A DNA stretch of 64,000 nt from contig JAGVLX010000002.1 in NCBI GenBank assembly GCA_020054065.1, positions 1,054 to 65,053 on the forward strand, read 5' to 3'. The notes beneath the pieces were generated by a model. It was not told the DNA's origin and searched no databases. It saw only the letters and a program-made list of their open reading frames with translations. This document shows, piece by piece, positions 18,766-26,928 of the stretch. The position numbers and the translations under genes are program-made. Each line of letters begins with the position of its first letter. Position 1 is the first letter of the stretch. Origin of the DNA: Parachlamydiales bacterium. GTDB taxonomy: Bacteria > Chlamydiota > Chlamydiia > Chlamydiales > JAEYWL01.

Positions 18766-19227
18766 TTATTGTTGCGGCTTATCAACGAGAACGAAACCGA
18801 TTTCCGCTTCAGCTGCAGTTTTTTCTCCGACGAAAGCTTCAGCTTTAAACTTTCCGCCTTTATTACTCATGTGGCCCACTTCACAGCGTAGATGCAAGAT
18901 GTCCCCAGGACGCACGGGATTACGAAATTTGGCGTTATTGATATTTAACAAATAGGCTGACTTATTCTGGAATCCCTTTAGGTAGATGAACACCGCTCCT
19001 GTTTGAGCGAGGGCTTCTATCATCAACACACCAGGCATAATCGGCTCATTCGGAAAGTGCCCCTGAAAGAACAGCTCGTTCATCGTCATATTTTTTTGTC
19101 CGACAATATAGCCTTTATCGTAATCCACTTCGGTAATCTTATCGACTAAGAGAAACGGATAGCGATGAGGCAGGATTTTTAAAATATCCTTAATATCCAG
19201 CGTCGTTTGCTGCAGCGTCGCACTCAT
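18766..19227 (-). CDS. fabZ: 3-hydroxyacyl-ACP dehydratase FabZ
   Basis: LPHRYPFLLVDKI..FFQGHFPNEPIMPGVLMIEALAQ. Confidence 0.95.
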   Translation of the reverse strand: MSATLQQTTLDIKDILKILPHRYPFLLVDKITEVDYDKGYIVGQKNMTMNELFFQGHFPNEPIMPGVLMIEALAQTGAVFIYLKGFQNKSAYLLNINNAKFRNPVRPGDILHLRCEVGHMSNKGGKFKAEAFVGEKTAAEAEIGFVLVDKPQQ

Positions 19228-20114
19228 TCTGTTTTCTCCATCGTAATATGGTTAAGGATTTTTTTAGCAAACTCATAATTAGCCTTGTGGCCAGTTTTGA
19301 TGCCGATGATATGAGCCTGGAAATTAAATCCAATTAAGGAGAGGTCTCCAATCAAATCTAAAATTTTATGGCGGACCATCTCATCCGGAAAGAACAATCC
19401 CCCCTTGCTAAAGACCGCTTCGCGGTGAATCAAGACGGCATTAGAAAGGCTTGCCCCTTTGATTAGCCCTTTATCGAGCAGGGTGGAAAGCTCTTCGTAG
19501 GGGGAGAACGTACGGCACGCAGCAATGTCGGTTTTAAACCGCTCGGGGGTAATCTCAAAAGATTGATACTGAGCTCTTAACACTTCGACTTTGGGGTAGC
19601 TCAGGGTGTAGCTGATGCGATACGATTCATCTGGCAGCGCAATCAAGACCGAGTCCCCTTGGGACCAGTAGATCGGTTTTTCCAGTTTGACGATCGGAAG
19701 AGTATGAGACTGTTCGACCACGCCCGCGGATTCGATCATGTCGACAAACACATCGGATGAACCATTAGCGATCGGGGGTTCAGCATCGGAAACTTCGATG
19801 AGTAGGTTGTCTATATTATAGGCTCTGATAGCTGCTAGAACGTGTTCGACTGTATGGACAAACACATCGGTGAGTCCGATTGTCGTGCTGCGGTTGGTAT
19901 CGCGGACATATTCCAATCCAGCCGGAATGATTGGGCGGCTGGGCAAATCGGTCCGTTGGAATAGGATGCCGGTCCCCTCTTTTGCGGGGCAAAAGCGAAG
20001 TTTGACCTGACGTCCGGTATGGATGCCGATCCCAGAATATTCGACCGGACCCTTTAGCGTATTTTGCCTGCGGGTAAGGACCGATCGTGATGGATGAATA
20101 GATGTCTTTGTCAT
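19224..20114 (-). CDS. lpxC: UDP-3-O-acyl-N-acetylglucosamine deacetylase
   Basis: RRQNTLKGPVEYSGIGIHTG..HTVEHVLAA..HKILDLIGDL. 4-nt overlap with fabZ. Confidence 0.93.
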   Translation of the reverse strand: MTKTSIHPSRSVLTRRQNTLKGPVEYSGIGIHTGRQVKLRFCPAKEGTGILFQRTDLPSRPIIPAGLEYVRDTNRSTTIGLTDVFVHTVEHVLAAIRAYNIDNLLIEVSDAEPPIANGSSDVFVDMIESAGVVEQSHTLPIVKLEKPIYWSQGDSVLIALPDESYRISYTLSYPKVEVLRAQYQSFEITPERFKTDIAACRTFSPYEELSTLLDKGLIKGASLSNAVLIHREAVFSKGGLFFPDEMVRHKILDLIGDLSLIGFNFQAHIIGIKTGHKANYEFAKKILNHITMEKTE

Positions 20115-20195
20115 AAGCTTGAATAAGTCTATTTTAATTTATACATTAAATTCAACATTAAGATATGATCCGAATTAATTCACAAGAGATTGACG

Positions 20196-22094
20196 ATGAG
20201 TGGTATCGCGGGAATTCTCTATCCCGATGTTTTTCAAATCAATCATCTCACTGCCTTAATCCTGAAAGCGCAGTCCCATCGCGGCTCGTATTCTGATATT
20301 TATACCTATAAAAATTTAGAACTGGGCGTTTGCGGCTGTAAGATTGCATCTGACTCTAAAAAAAACATTTACGCAGCAATCGATGGCAATATTTTTAATT
20401 TGCCGCAGCTGCGAAAAGATTTAGAGAAAATCGGATATGTTTTCACCGATCAGGAGGAAAGTGCCGAAGCGTTAGTCTTTGCCTACGATGCGTGGGGAGA
20501 AGAATTTTTGACCAGGTTGGACGGGGAATTCGCCCTGTTTCTTTTTGACCGCCAGCAAGAGTGGGTTTACATCGCCCGCGACCGGATCGGAAACAAACCG
20601 CTCTATTGGTATCAAGAAGGGTATAATTTTATTTTTGCGAGCGAGTTAAAAGGCATTTTAGCCACGGGAATGGTGCCGCAAACACCGGCATTGGATGGAT
20701 TTGCCGCTTATTTAACATTAGGTTACTTCCCGCAAGATATGACGCCGATCCAAAAAGTCAATAAACTGCTGCCGGGGCATTTTTTGCGCTTTAGCTTACA
20801 TTCATCGAAGCTGATCCACCCCTACTGGTCGTATAGTTCCTATTTTACCTTTAGCACCATGGACAACTCCGCGTTGACGGCTTCCAAGCTGGACCGTCTG
20901 TTGCAAAGTTCGATTGGGATGCGTGCTCCTGAAGGCATCCCGCTGGGAACATTCATATCGGGCGGATTAGGATCGGCAAGCATCGCCTATTATCTGAAAC
21001 GTCTGCGCAGCGAACAGCCGTTGCACGCTTACTCAGCGGGATTCCAAGGCCAGAACGAAGAAGATCTTCAAGCCGCCTTGACGATTGCGCGCAAACTCCA
21101 TCTGCCGCATGAATTAGATATCCTCACTCCCAAAAACTTTTTGGAAGATTTTGTGAAGATCATTTGGCATTTAGATGAGCCGCTGGCCGATCCAAATATC
21201 TTGGCGACTTGGCAGCTTGGACGATTGGCGCACGCTAAATCCAAGATTGTTTTTTCAGGCATGGGGAGCGATGAGTTGCTTGCAGGGCATTCCCGCTACA
21301 CGCTGGGAGAGCGCAACCTGCCGTTCACAACCTTGCTCGCGCAGACAGCGTATCCTTTAATTCAATATATTATCTCGCCTTTGATCAGCTTTATTTCCCC
21401 GCGCCTGGGTTATAAGTTGCTGCTGGAATCTCGGACAAATCCGTGGCAATCAGGCTACCTCCAAAGCAATGCGTTATTTGACGAAAACATGATCCAAGCA
21501 GCAGCCCCCACATTATCTGGATTGTTTGATCTCGATATTTTACTGCATAAATTTCATCACCTGAGCCGGATTAAATCGATTGTCTCCTCCTTCCTCTATT
21601 TCGATGTTAAAACCCGATTGCCCGATTTATTCATGCTGCAATACGAGCGGTTGACAGCGGCATTTGGATTGGATTGGCGCACGCCGTTCCTCTCCGCACC
21701 CATCGTCGAGTATTTGGCGGGATTCACCGAACCGGAAAATTTGCAAGAGCGGGACACGGCATCCGCGTTGAAAATCATTTTACGGGACGTGTTTCCGCCT
21801 GAAGTCACCAACCGCCCGAAACGCACCCGCCGGCAGTTTTTAAGGCCGTGGGTCGAATTGTCAGACCTTCCCTATTTGTTCGGCCTGCTTTCACGCGGCA
21901 CGCTTGTCGAAGCGGGTATTGTTGATCCAGGATGGATTGAAAACCATAATGCGAATCCAGATAAACGGCGCGCGGCATTCCCCTACCTCTGGGCGATCTT
22001 AGCTTTGGAGGTGTGGTACCGGCTCTATATCAATTATCCGCCGCTGATGACCCCTCCGGAAATTACCCTTAAAGAATTGCTTGAAAAAACATAG
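20196..22094 (+). CDS. asparagine synthetase (AsnB)-family protein with degenerate active-site motifs
   Basis: Two-domain AsnB architecture (..HRGS..DGNIFN..GEFALFLFD..RDRIGNKPLYW..; PP-loop region FISGGLGSASIA; FSGMGSDELLAG). The N-terminus is MSGIAG, not MCGI. ATG 20196 is preferred over the track's TTG at 20190. Confidence 0.8.
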   Translation: MSGIAGILYPDVFQINHLTALILKAQSHRGSYSDIYTYKNLELGVCGCKIASDSKKNIYAAIDGNIFNLPQLRKDLEKIGYVFTDQEESAEALVFAYDAWGEEFLTRLDGEFALFLFDRQQEWVYIARDRIGNKPLYWYQEGYNFIFASELKGILATGMVPQTPALDGFAAYLTLGYFPQDMTPIQKVNKLLPGHFLRFSLHSSKLIHPYWSYSSYFTFSTMDNSALTASKLDRLLQSSIGMRAPEGIPLGTFISGGLGSASIAYYLKRLRSEQPLHAYSAGFQGQNEEDLQAALTIARKLHLPHELDILTPKNFLEDFVKIIWHLDEPLADPNILATWQLGRLAHAKSKIVFSGMGSDELLAGHSRYTLGERNLPFTTLLAQTAYPLIQYIISPLISFISPRLGYKLLLESRTNPWQSGYLQSNALFDENMIQAAAPTLSGLFDLDILLHKFHHLSRIKSIVSSFLYFDVKTRLPDLFMLQYERLTAAFGLDWRTPFLSAPIVEYLAGFTEPENLQERDTASALKIILRDVFPPEVTNRPKRTRRQFLRPWVELSDLPYLFGLLSRGTLVEAGIVDPGWIENHNANPDKRRAAFPYLWAILALEVWYRLYINYPPLMTPPEITLKELLEKT

Positions 22095-22099
22095 GATCG

Positions 22100-23068
22100 A
22101 TGATGGCATTAAAAGTTGTAGCGGTGACAAACGATTCCCAAGGATCGGAACCGCGCCCAGGTTCTTTACGAACAAACCGTAAAAATAGCTTAGAAGCGCG
22201 TATGGAACGGATGTGGCTGACAGATCCGCAGCAATTCAATCCAGACCGGAATGCTTGTGAGAGGGAACGGATCCGCCGTTCATGGGATTTAATTCAGTCA
22301 CTCAAAGCGTGGAAGGGTAAGCAAGCGGTCGACCTAGGGTGTGGATGGGGTGTGTTAAGCTATAAACTCAAAGATGCCGGGGTGGATATATTAGCAGTAG
22401 ACATTGCCAATAATGCGCTCAAACGGTTAAGCGGCCTGCACACCCAGCAGCACGCGCTTCCGGTCACCAAACTTCCGGATGACACATTTGACTTAGTGAT
22501 CTGCACCGATGTGATTGCCTACCTGCATCGTGACGATTTCCGCTTAGCCGTTGCTGAGATGTGCCGCATGTTAAAACCGGATGGGTGGGTGATCTGTTCA
22601 ACTCCTGTCGACATCAATTCAGAAGACGCTCTCGAACGCTTCCAAGGGCTCTTTGCGACCGAATTCCGGATTGAGTTCGAACGGCTAAGCCACTTCGCGT
22701 GGTGGATACGTTTATTCCAATGGTTGGATGCCCCGAAAACATTTTATCAAGGATGGAACAATCCAGAAGAGCGTCAAGAGGGCTTAAAAAATCGGCACGG
22801 ATTTCACTATTGGTGGTACAAGCTAAATAGTTCTTTTGCTTTAGGATGGTTCTGGGGTGGCATTCAATTCATCACCCAACCCCTCGTCAAAGCCCTTAAA
22901 CAATCGAGCGGTTTGCTGATTTTCATGGAAAAATTGTGCGCCAACATCAGCGACCGCAACGGCATCAGCCATGTGATTGTCGCCGGACCGCGAAAGCCAC
23001 TGTTTGAAGGGGTAGAGAAAGTTTCCGATGACCAAAGACCTTTTAGAAAAGAAGTGAAGTGGGAATGA
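22100..23068 (+). CDS. class I SAM-dependent methyltransferase
   Basis: Motif I VDLGCGWGVLSYKL, followed by ILAVDI..DLVICTDVIAYL..LKPDGWVI. It starts 5 nt after the AsnB-like stop. Confidence 0.8.
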   Translation: MMALKVVAVTNDSQGSEPRPGSLRTNRKNSLEARMERMWLTDPQQFNPDRNACERERIRRSWDLIQSLKAWKGKQAVDLGCGWGVLSYKLKDAGVDILAVDIANNALKRLSGLHTQQHALPVTKLPDDTFDLVICTDVIAYLHRDDFRLAVAEMCRMLKPDGWVICSTPVDINSEDALERFQGLFATEFRIEFERLSHFAWWIRLFQWLDAPKTFYQGWNNPEERQEGLKNRHGFHYWWYKLNSSFALGWFWGGIQFITQPLVKALKQSSGLLIFMEKLCANISDRNGISHVIVAGPRKPLFEGVEKVSDDQRPFRKEVKWE

Positions 23069-23160
23069 CAGGACCAGGACAAACAGGACATCCACGACAT
23101 ACAGGACAAGCACGACATTTTTGTCCTGTGTGTCGTGGATGTCCTGTTTGTCCTGGTCTG
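23069..23160. repeat. Family B palindromic element, copy B1
   Basis: caggaccaggacaaacaggacatccacgacatacaggaca (23069-23107) pairs with tgtcctgtgtgtcgtggatgtcctgtttgtcctggtctg (23122-23160), 39 bp with 2 mismatches. It fills the gap between two convergent stop codons exactly. Confidence 0.92.
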
Positions 23161-24531
23161 TTATCTTAAGACGCGCGGATCGGTGCGCTTGATGATGAGG
23201 CTGACGTTTTTCTGATTGAACCCTTTATACCCTTCACGGCGCTGCAGGTTTTCCATATGGCTGCCAACCGCCCCGTATTTTAAAAAGAGATCGGCTTGTT
23301 CATCGGTGATGAATCCTTGATCGCGTAGCTGGTACACTTTTTTCTCGGGAACCGGCCACACTTCGCCAACGGTGAAGGCTTGACGAAGGTAAGGAAAGTT
23401 GCTGAATGGCTCCATCATCCCCACGCCATGGTGATTCAAATCCGTCTTCAACTCATCAAACATGAACTGGGCTTCCAAGTGATGCATGCCAGATTTTAAA
23501 ATGGAATCCCCATGCAACGCACACCACAACCCGATTGTGCCAAGCTGCTCGAGTTCGGGAAGGGTGTGATGGGCAAAATCGTAATCGATCTCTTCATCAG
23601 CAAGATCGACATCAAGGAAGGTGACCAACCGGCAATTGGTGTTTTCCATGACCTGTGCACCCCATCCTGCTTCCTTCCCCGCATAAAACCGCTCGCGGCA
23701 ATGAAAACCTAGAATTTCAAACAGGCGGACTAGCTGGCTAAAGCGATGACGCGACGAACGAAACGTATGATGGTCATGATTCGCCCATCCCATTCCCAAA
23801 CCATCCTGCCGGTTTTTTTGAATCTGTCCAGCAGTATTCCTAAACTGCCAATAACGGCGCTCACACTCTAATACGATCCAAGCAGCAAGATCCTGCCCCA
23901 CCATGTTGACTAACTCTTCCGCAAGCGCCAAGGTCTTGCTCATCGCTAAATTCTCATTCTCCAGATCACGCTGGCGCGTCATCCATTTTTCCGATGCGGC
24001 AATGTATTTTTCTAGATAGGTGGGCTCATGATAGGTGGGTTCTAAGATGCGCGTTCCACGCCGCTCCACGACCCAAAGGGAGATTCCTTCCTCATTCGAT
24101 ACGATAGCCCGCCGATAGCCTCCGAATGGACCGCCTTCCATCTCAGCTTGCATGCCGCGCACCATCAAAAAGTCGGCGATGCTCTCCACACAGATTGCAA
24201 TTCCTAATACACTCGGCGCATGATCCCGTACCACCACCATCGGCAATTGCGCGCCAGGGTGATGAAACACCCGGTAGGAGGGCGCCGCATGCAATGGCTC
24301 GAAACCGCTATCTTCTAAATCGCGTTCCGCTTGAGGAGAATGTCCGACAATGACGTGATCCAACCAATCGAACAGCCGCGTACTCGTATGCTTTAACAAA
24401 TCATGCTGCAATTGATGAATGAAATGATTGTGCATGCAACATTGTTCAAGAACGTCCAAAACGAACGATTCCGCCTTGGGATGGCACTGCCAATCATACT
24501 GCACAAGTGTTTTAGACATCATACTCCTCAT
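23161..24531 (-). CDS. hypothetical His-rich enzyme-like protein (possible VOC/DUF1338-like metalloenzyme)
   Basis: 456-aa ORF. GWANHDHHTFRS and GSHMENLQRREGYKGFN loosely resemble the His/His/Glu metal motifs of DUF1338/HPPD-type VOC folds. The assignment is weak. Confidence 0.35.
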   Translation of the reverse strand: MRSMMSKTLVQYDWQCHPKAESFVLDVLEQCCMHNHFIHQLQHDLLKHTSTRLFDWLDHVIVGHSPQAERDLEDSGFEPLHAAPSYRVFHHPGAQLPMVVVRDHAPSVLGIAICVESIADFLMVRGMQAEMEGGPFGGYRRAIVSNEEGISLWVVERRGTRILEPTYHEPTYLEKYIAASEKWMTRQRDLENENLAMSKTLALAEELVNMVGQDLAAWIVLECERRYWQFRNTAGQIQKNRQDGLGMGWANHDHHTFRSSRHRFSQLVRLFEILGFHCRERFYAGKEAGWGAQVMENTNCRLVTFLDVDLADEEIDYDFAHHTLPELEQLGTIGLWCALHGDSILKSGMHHLEAQFMFDELKTDLNHHGVGMMEPFSNFPYLRQAFTVGEVWPVPEKKVYQLRDQGFITDEQADLFLKYGAVGSHMENLQRREGYKGFNQKNVSLIIKRTDPRVLR

Positions 24532-24570
24532 GAATCTAATTGCTTATATAGCAGATGGGTAGAATTAGAA

Positions 24571-25893
24571 CTAGTTCAGGAGAGCAGAATGGTGGTCAAT
24601 ACGCTTAAGTTTTTTACTTTCAAATAGATACACTTCTGAAGGCACAAGCTGTTCACAGAATGTGCGCAAATGATGATGGTTGAGGATAATGAAATCAATT
24701 TCGCGTAACGAAGCCAGCAAGGAGATAAACTCTTCGGGTGGATTCGGATTGCGTAAGAAAATCAGGAGTTTTTGGGCTTTATTTTGCGATAATTGTCGGA
24801 TGGTCCGGTATAGTTCGGTTGTCAACCCCTCGCTTCCATCCAGTCCCAGCAAAATAAATGGTTTATCTTTTAAGACTTGTTTGAGAGCAAATAGGTGCTC
24901 TTCATCGAACACTTTATTGTCCGTATCATATTCCAACAGCCGCTGAGCCATATCTTCGAGGGTAATTCTTGCGCAGCCTAAACGTTCGATAGCGATCCCT
25001 GCAGCAAGGTTTGCTAATTGCGCTGCCGTGCCCAAAGGCAAGCCATTGGCCATCGCACTGGTCAGCATCGCCAGGACTGTATCGCCCGCACCGGTCACAT
25101 CTTTCACTTCTCGGATCCGAACCGGAAAATCATGCCGTTCTCCGGTATGATGAAAAATCGAAATCCCCGCTTCAGACCGCGTAATCATCAGCGATTCTGC
25201 ATCGGCCTGCTTCAACACCCGTTCAGCAATCTGATCGAGCGGAGCGTCCGCAGTGAGTCCAGCAGCGGCTACTGCTTCAGAAAAATTCGGTTTGATGACT
25301 GTCGCACCCGCATATTTGGTAAAATCAGCGCCTTTAGGATCGGCAATAATGATAATCTTACGTGCCTTTGCTTGCTCGATCAAAGCCGAAAGCAGAGTGC
25401 GGGACAAAAGCCCTTTCCCATAATCGGAAATTGCGACGATTTGTACGGAGTCCAATAAAGCAGGCAACAGTTCAATCAATTGCTGTTCAAGCTGTTCAGG
25501 AATGGGAGAAACAATTTCATAATCGACCCGTACCATCTGCTGGTTTTCGGCGATGACCCGATTTTTCACAGGGGTTTGATAGCGGTTTTCGGTCAGCAAG
25601 GCGGTGCAGTCGACCCCCTCATCCTGCAGAGCACGGCGTAAAAATGAACCGGCTTCATCCGATCCGACACGTCCGATCGCGACCACTTCCGCGCCTAAGG
25701 AGATTAAGTTTAACACCACGTTGCCTGCACCGCCAGGACGGTGTTCAACCGACTTCACCTGAACAACGGCAACGGGTGCCTCTGGAGAAATCCGCTTGGC
25801 TTTGCCGATGGTATAGGTGTCGAGCATAAAATCCCCGATCACCAGTGCTTTGCACGGTCCAATGCGGCTGAACGGTCCAGACAACCTTTTCAT
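24571..25893 (-). CDS. hldE: D-glycero-beta-D-manno-heptose-7-phosphate kinase (HldE domain I) with degenerate C-terminal nucleotidyltransferase-like domain
   Basis: ALVIGDFMLDTY..RISPEAPVAVV..ERPGGAGNV..DVTGAGDTV, matching E. coli HldE domain I. The C-terminal 110 aa align to domain II, but the HxGH motif is absent. Confidence 0.8.
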   Translation of the reverse strand: MKRLSGPFSRIGPCKALVIGDFMLDTYTIGKAKRISPEAPVAVVQVKSVEHRPGGAGNVVLNLISLGAEVVAIGRVGSDEAGSFLRRALQDEGVDCTALLTENRYQTPVKNRVIAENQQMVRVDYEIVSPIPEQLEQQLIELLPALLDSVQIVAISDYGKGLLSRTLLSALIEQAKARKIIIIADPKGADFTKYAGATVIKPNFSEAVAAAGLTADAPLDQIAERVLKQADAESLMITRSEAGISIFHHTGERHDFPVRIREVKDVTGAGDTVLAMLTSAMANGLPLGTAAQLANLAAGIAIERLGCARITLEDMAQRLLEYDTDNKVFDEEHLFALKQVLKDKPFILLGLDGSEGLTTELYRTIRQLSQNKAQKLLIFLRNPNPPEEFISLLASLREIDFIILNHHHLRTFCEQLVPSEVYLFESKKLKRIDHHSALLN

Positions 25894-25896
25894 GAA

Positions 25897-26883
25897 TTAC
25901 CACCTTTTGTCGGTCACTAGGTAATTGCGAACATAGTCAATGACAGCGTCTTCCAGAGGCATGCATTCGGTGGCTTTGCCTAACGCTTTCTTGGTCTTCG
26001 CCATATCCGCACAGGTATAATTTTGGTATTTGCCTACCAAGTCCTGCGGCATCGGAATATACTCGATATTCACCGGTTTCTGCAATGCTTTAAACACTGC
26101 GTTAGAAAGCTGGTTCCATGTGCCAGCAATCCCCGATCCCACATTAAAGATGCCGGTGTGGTCATTCTCTAGGAAGGCGCACGTCATTCTGACGGCATCT
26201 TTCACATATATAAAATCGCGCTTCTGCCCTCCGTCTTCAAATTTATCCGGCTCAGTGGATTTAAAGAGTTTGATTTTCCCTTCTTTGTGAATTTGCGGGA
26301 CGAAATGAAAGATGGTGGAAGCCATGCGTCCTTTGTGAAATTCATTGGGGCCAAACACATTAAAATATTTTAATCCGACGACTTTATCCAGCAACCCTTG
26401 CCGCCTCAGCCAGAGGTCAAACAGATGTTTTGAATATCCATACATGTTTAATGGTTGCAACGGTTCTAACCCATCGTGGCTGTCGCTGAACCCAAGATTG
26501 CCATCCCCATAAGTGGCTGCAGAGGATGCGTAGATAAAGCGGATGTGATGGGAAATCGCTACATCGGCCAGCCGCATGCTGAACCGGGTGTTATTTTCCA
26601 ATAGATAGCTGGCATCCGTCTCCACCGTGCTGGAGCAAGCGCCTAAATGAATGATCGCTTCAATCGCCGACTCCCGCCCCTTCAACCAATCGAAAATTGC
26701 ATGCTTGGAGATCGCATCCACAAAACTTTTGCCAACCAAATTGCGCCATTTTTCTGATTTTCCTAAATCGTCGACGACGATGAGGTGGTGGTGCCCTTTA
26801 TCATTTAAATGCCGCAAGATTCCGGATCCGATAAATCCGGCCGCACCGGTAACAATAATGTGTTTTTTGTGTTTCGATCGCAT
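25897..26883 (-). CDS. hldD: ADP-L-glycero-D-manno-heptose 6-epimerase
   Basis: IIVTGAAGFIGS..HLGACSST..FIYASSAATYG..NMYGYSKHLFD..YFNVFGPNEFHKGRMAS..KRDFIYV, collinear with E. coli RfaD/HldD. Confidence 0.92.
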   Translation of the reverse strand: MRSKHKKHIIVTGAAGFIGSGILRHLNDKGHHHLIVVDDLGKSEKWRNLVGKSFVDAISKHAIFDWLKGRESAIEAIIHLGACSSTVETDASYLLENNTRFSMRLADVAISHHIRFIYASSAATYGDGNLGFSDSHDGLEPLQPLNMYGYSKHLFDLWLRRQGLLDKVVGLKYFNVFGPNEFHKGRMASTIFHFVPQIHKEGKIKLFKSTEPDKFEDGGQKRDFIYVKDAVRMTCAFLENDHTGIFNVGSGIAGTWNQLSNAVFKALQKPVNIEYIPMPQDLVGKYQNYTCADMAKTKKALGKATECMPLEDAVIDYVRNYLVTDKRW

Positions 26884-26928
26884 AGGGTTCCCTTGGTTAT
26901 AAGCAATAAATTTAAACTAAACCGGTTA

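Noticed and set aside
20196-23068. Lasso-peptide or other RiPP cluster (an AsnB-like cyclase plus methyltransferase)
   Set aside because: No precursor peptide ORF, B-type protease or transporter is adjacent, and the PP-loop needed for adenylation is itself degenerate.
22841-23118. ORFs of 84-90 aa running through repeat B1 (similar ones at 44983..45252 and 48983..49180)
   Set aside because: They are created by the translatable 6/9-nt periodicity of the repeat arms. They overlap real genes and have low-complexity products.
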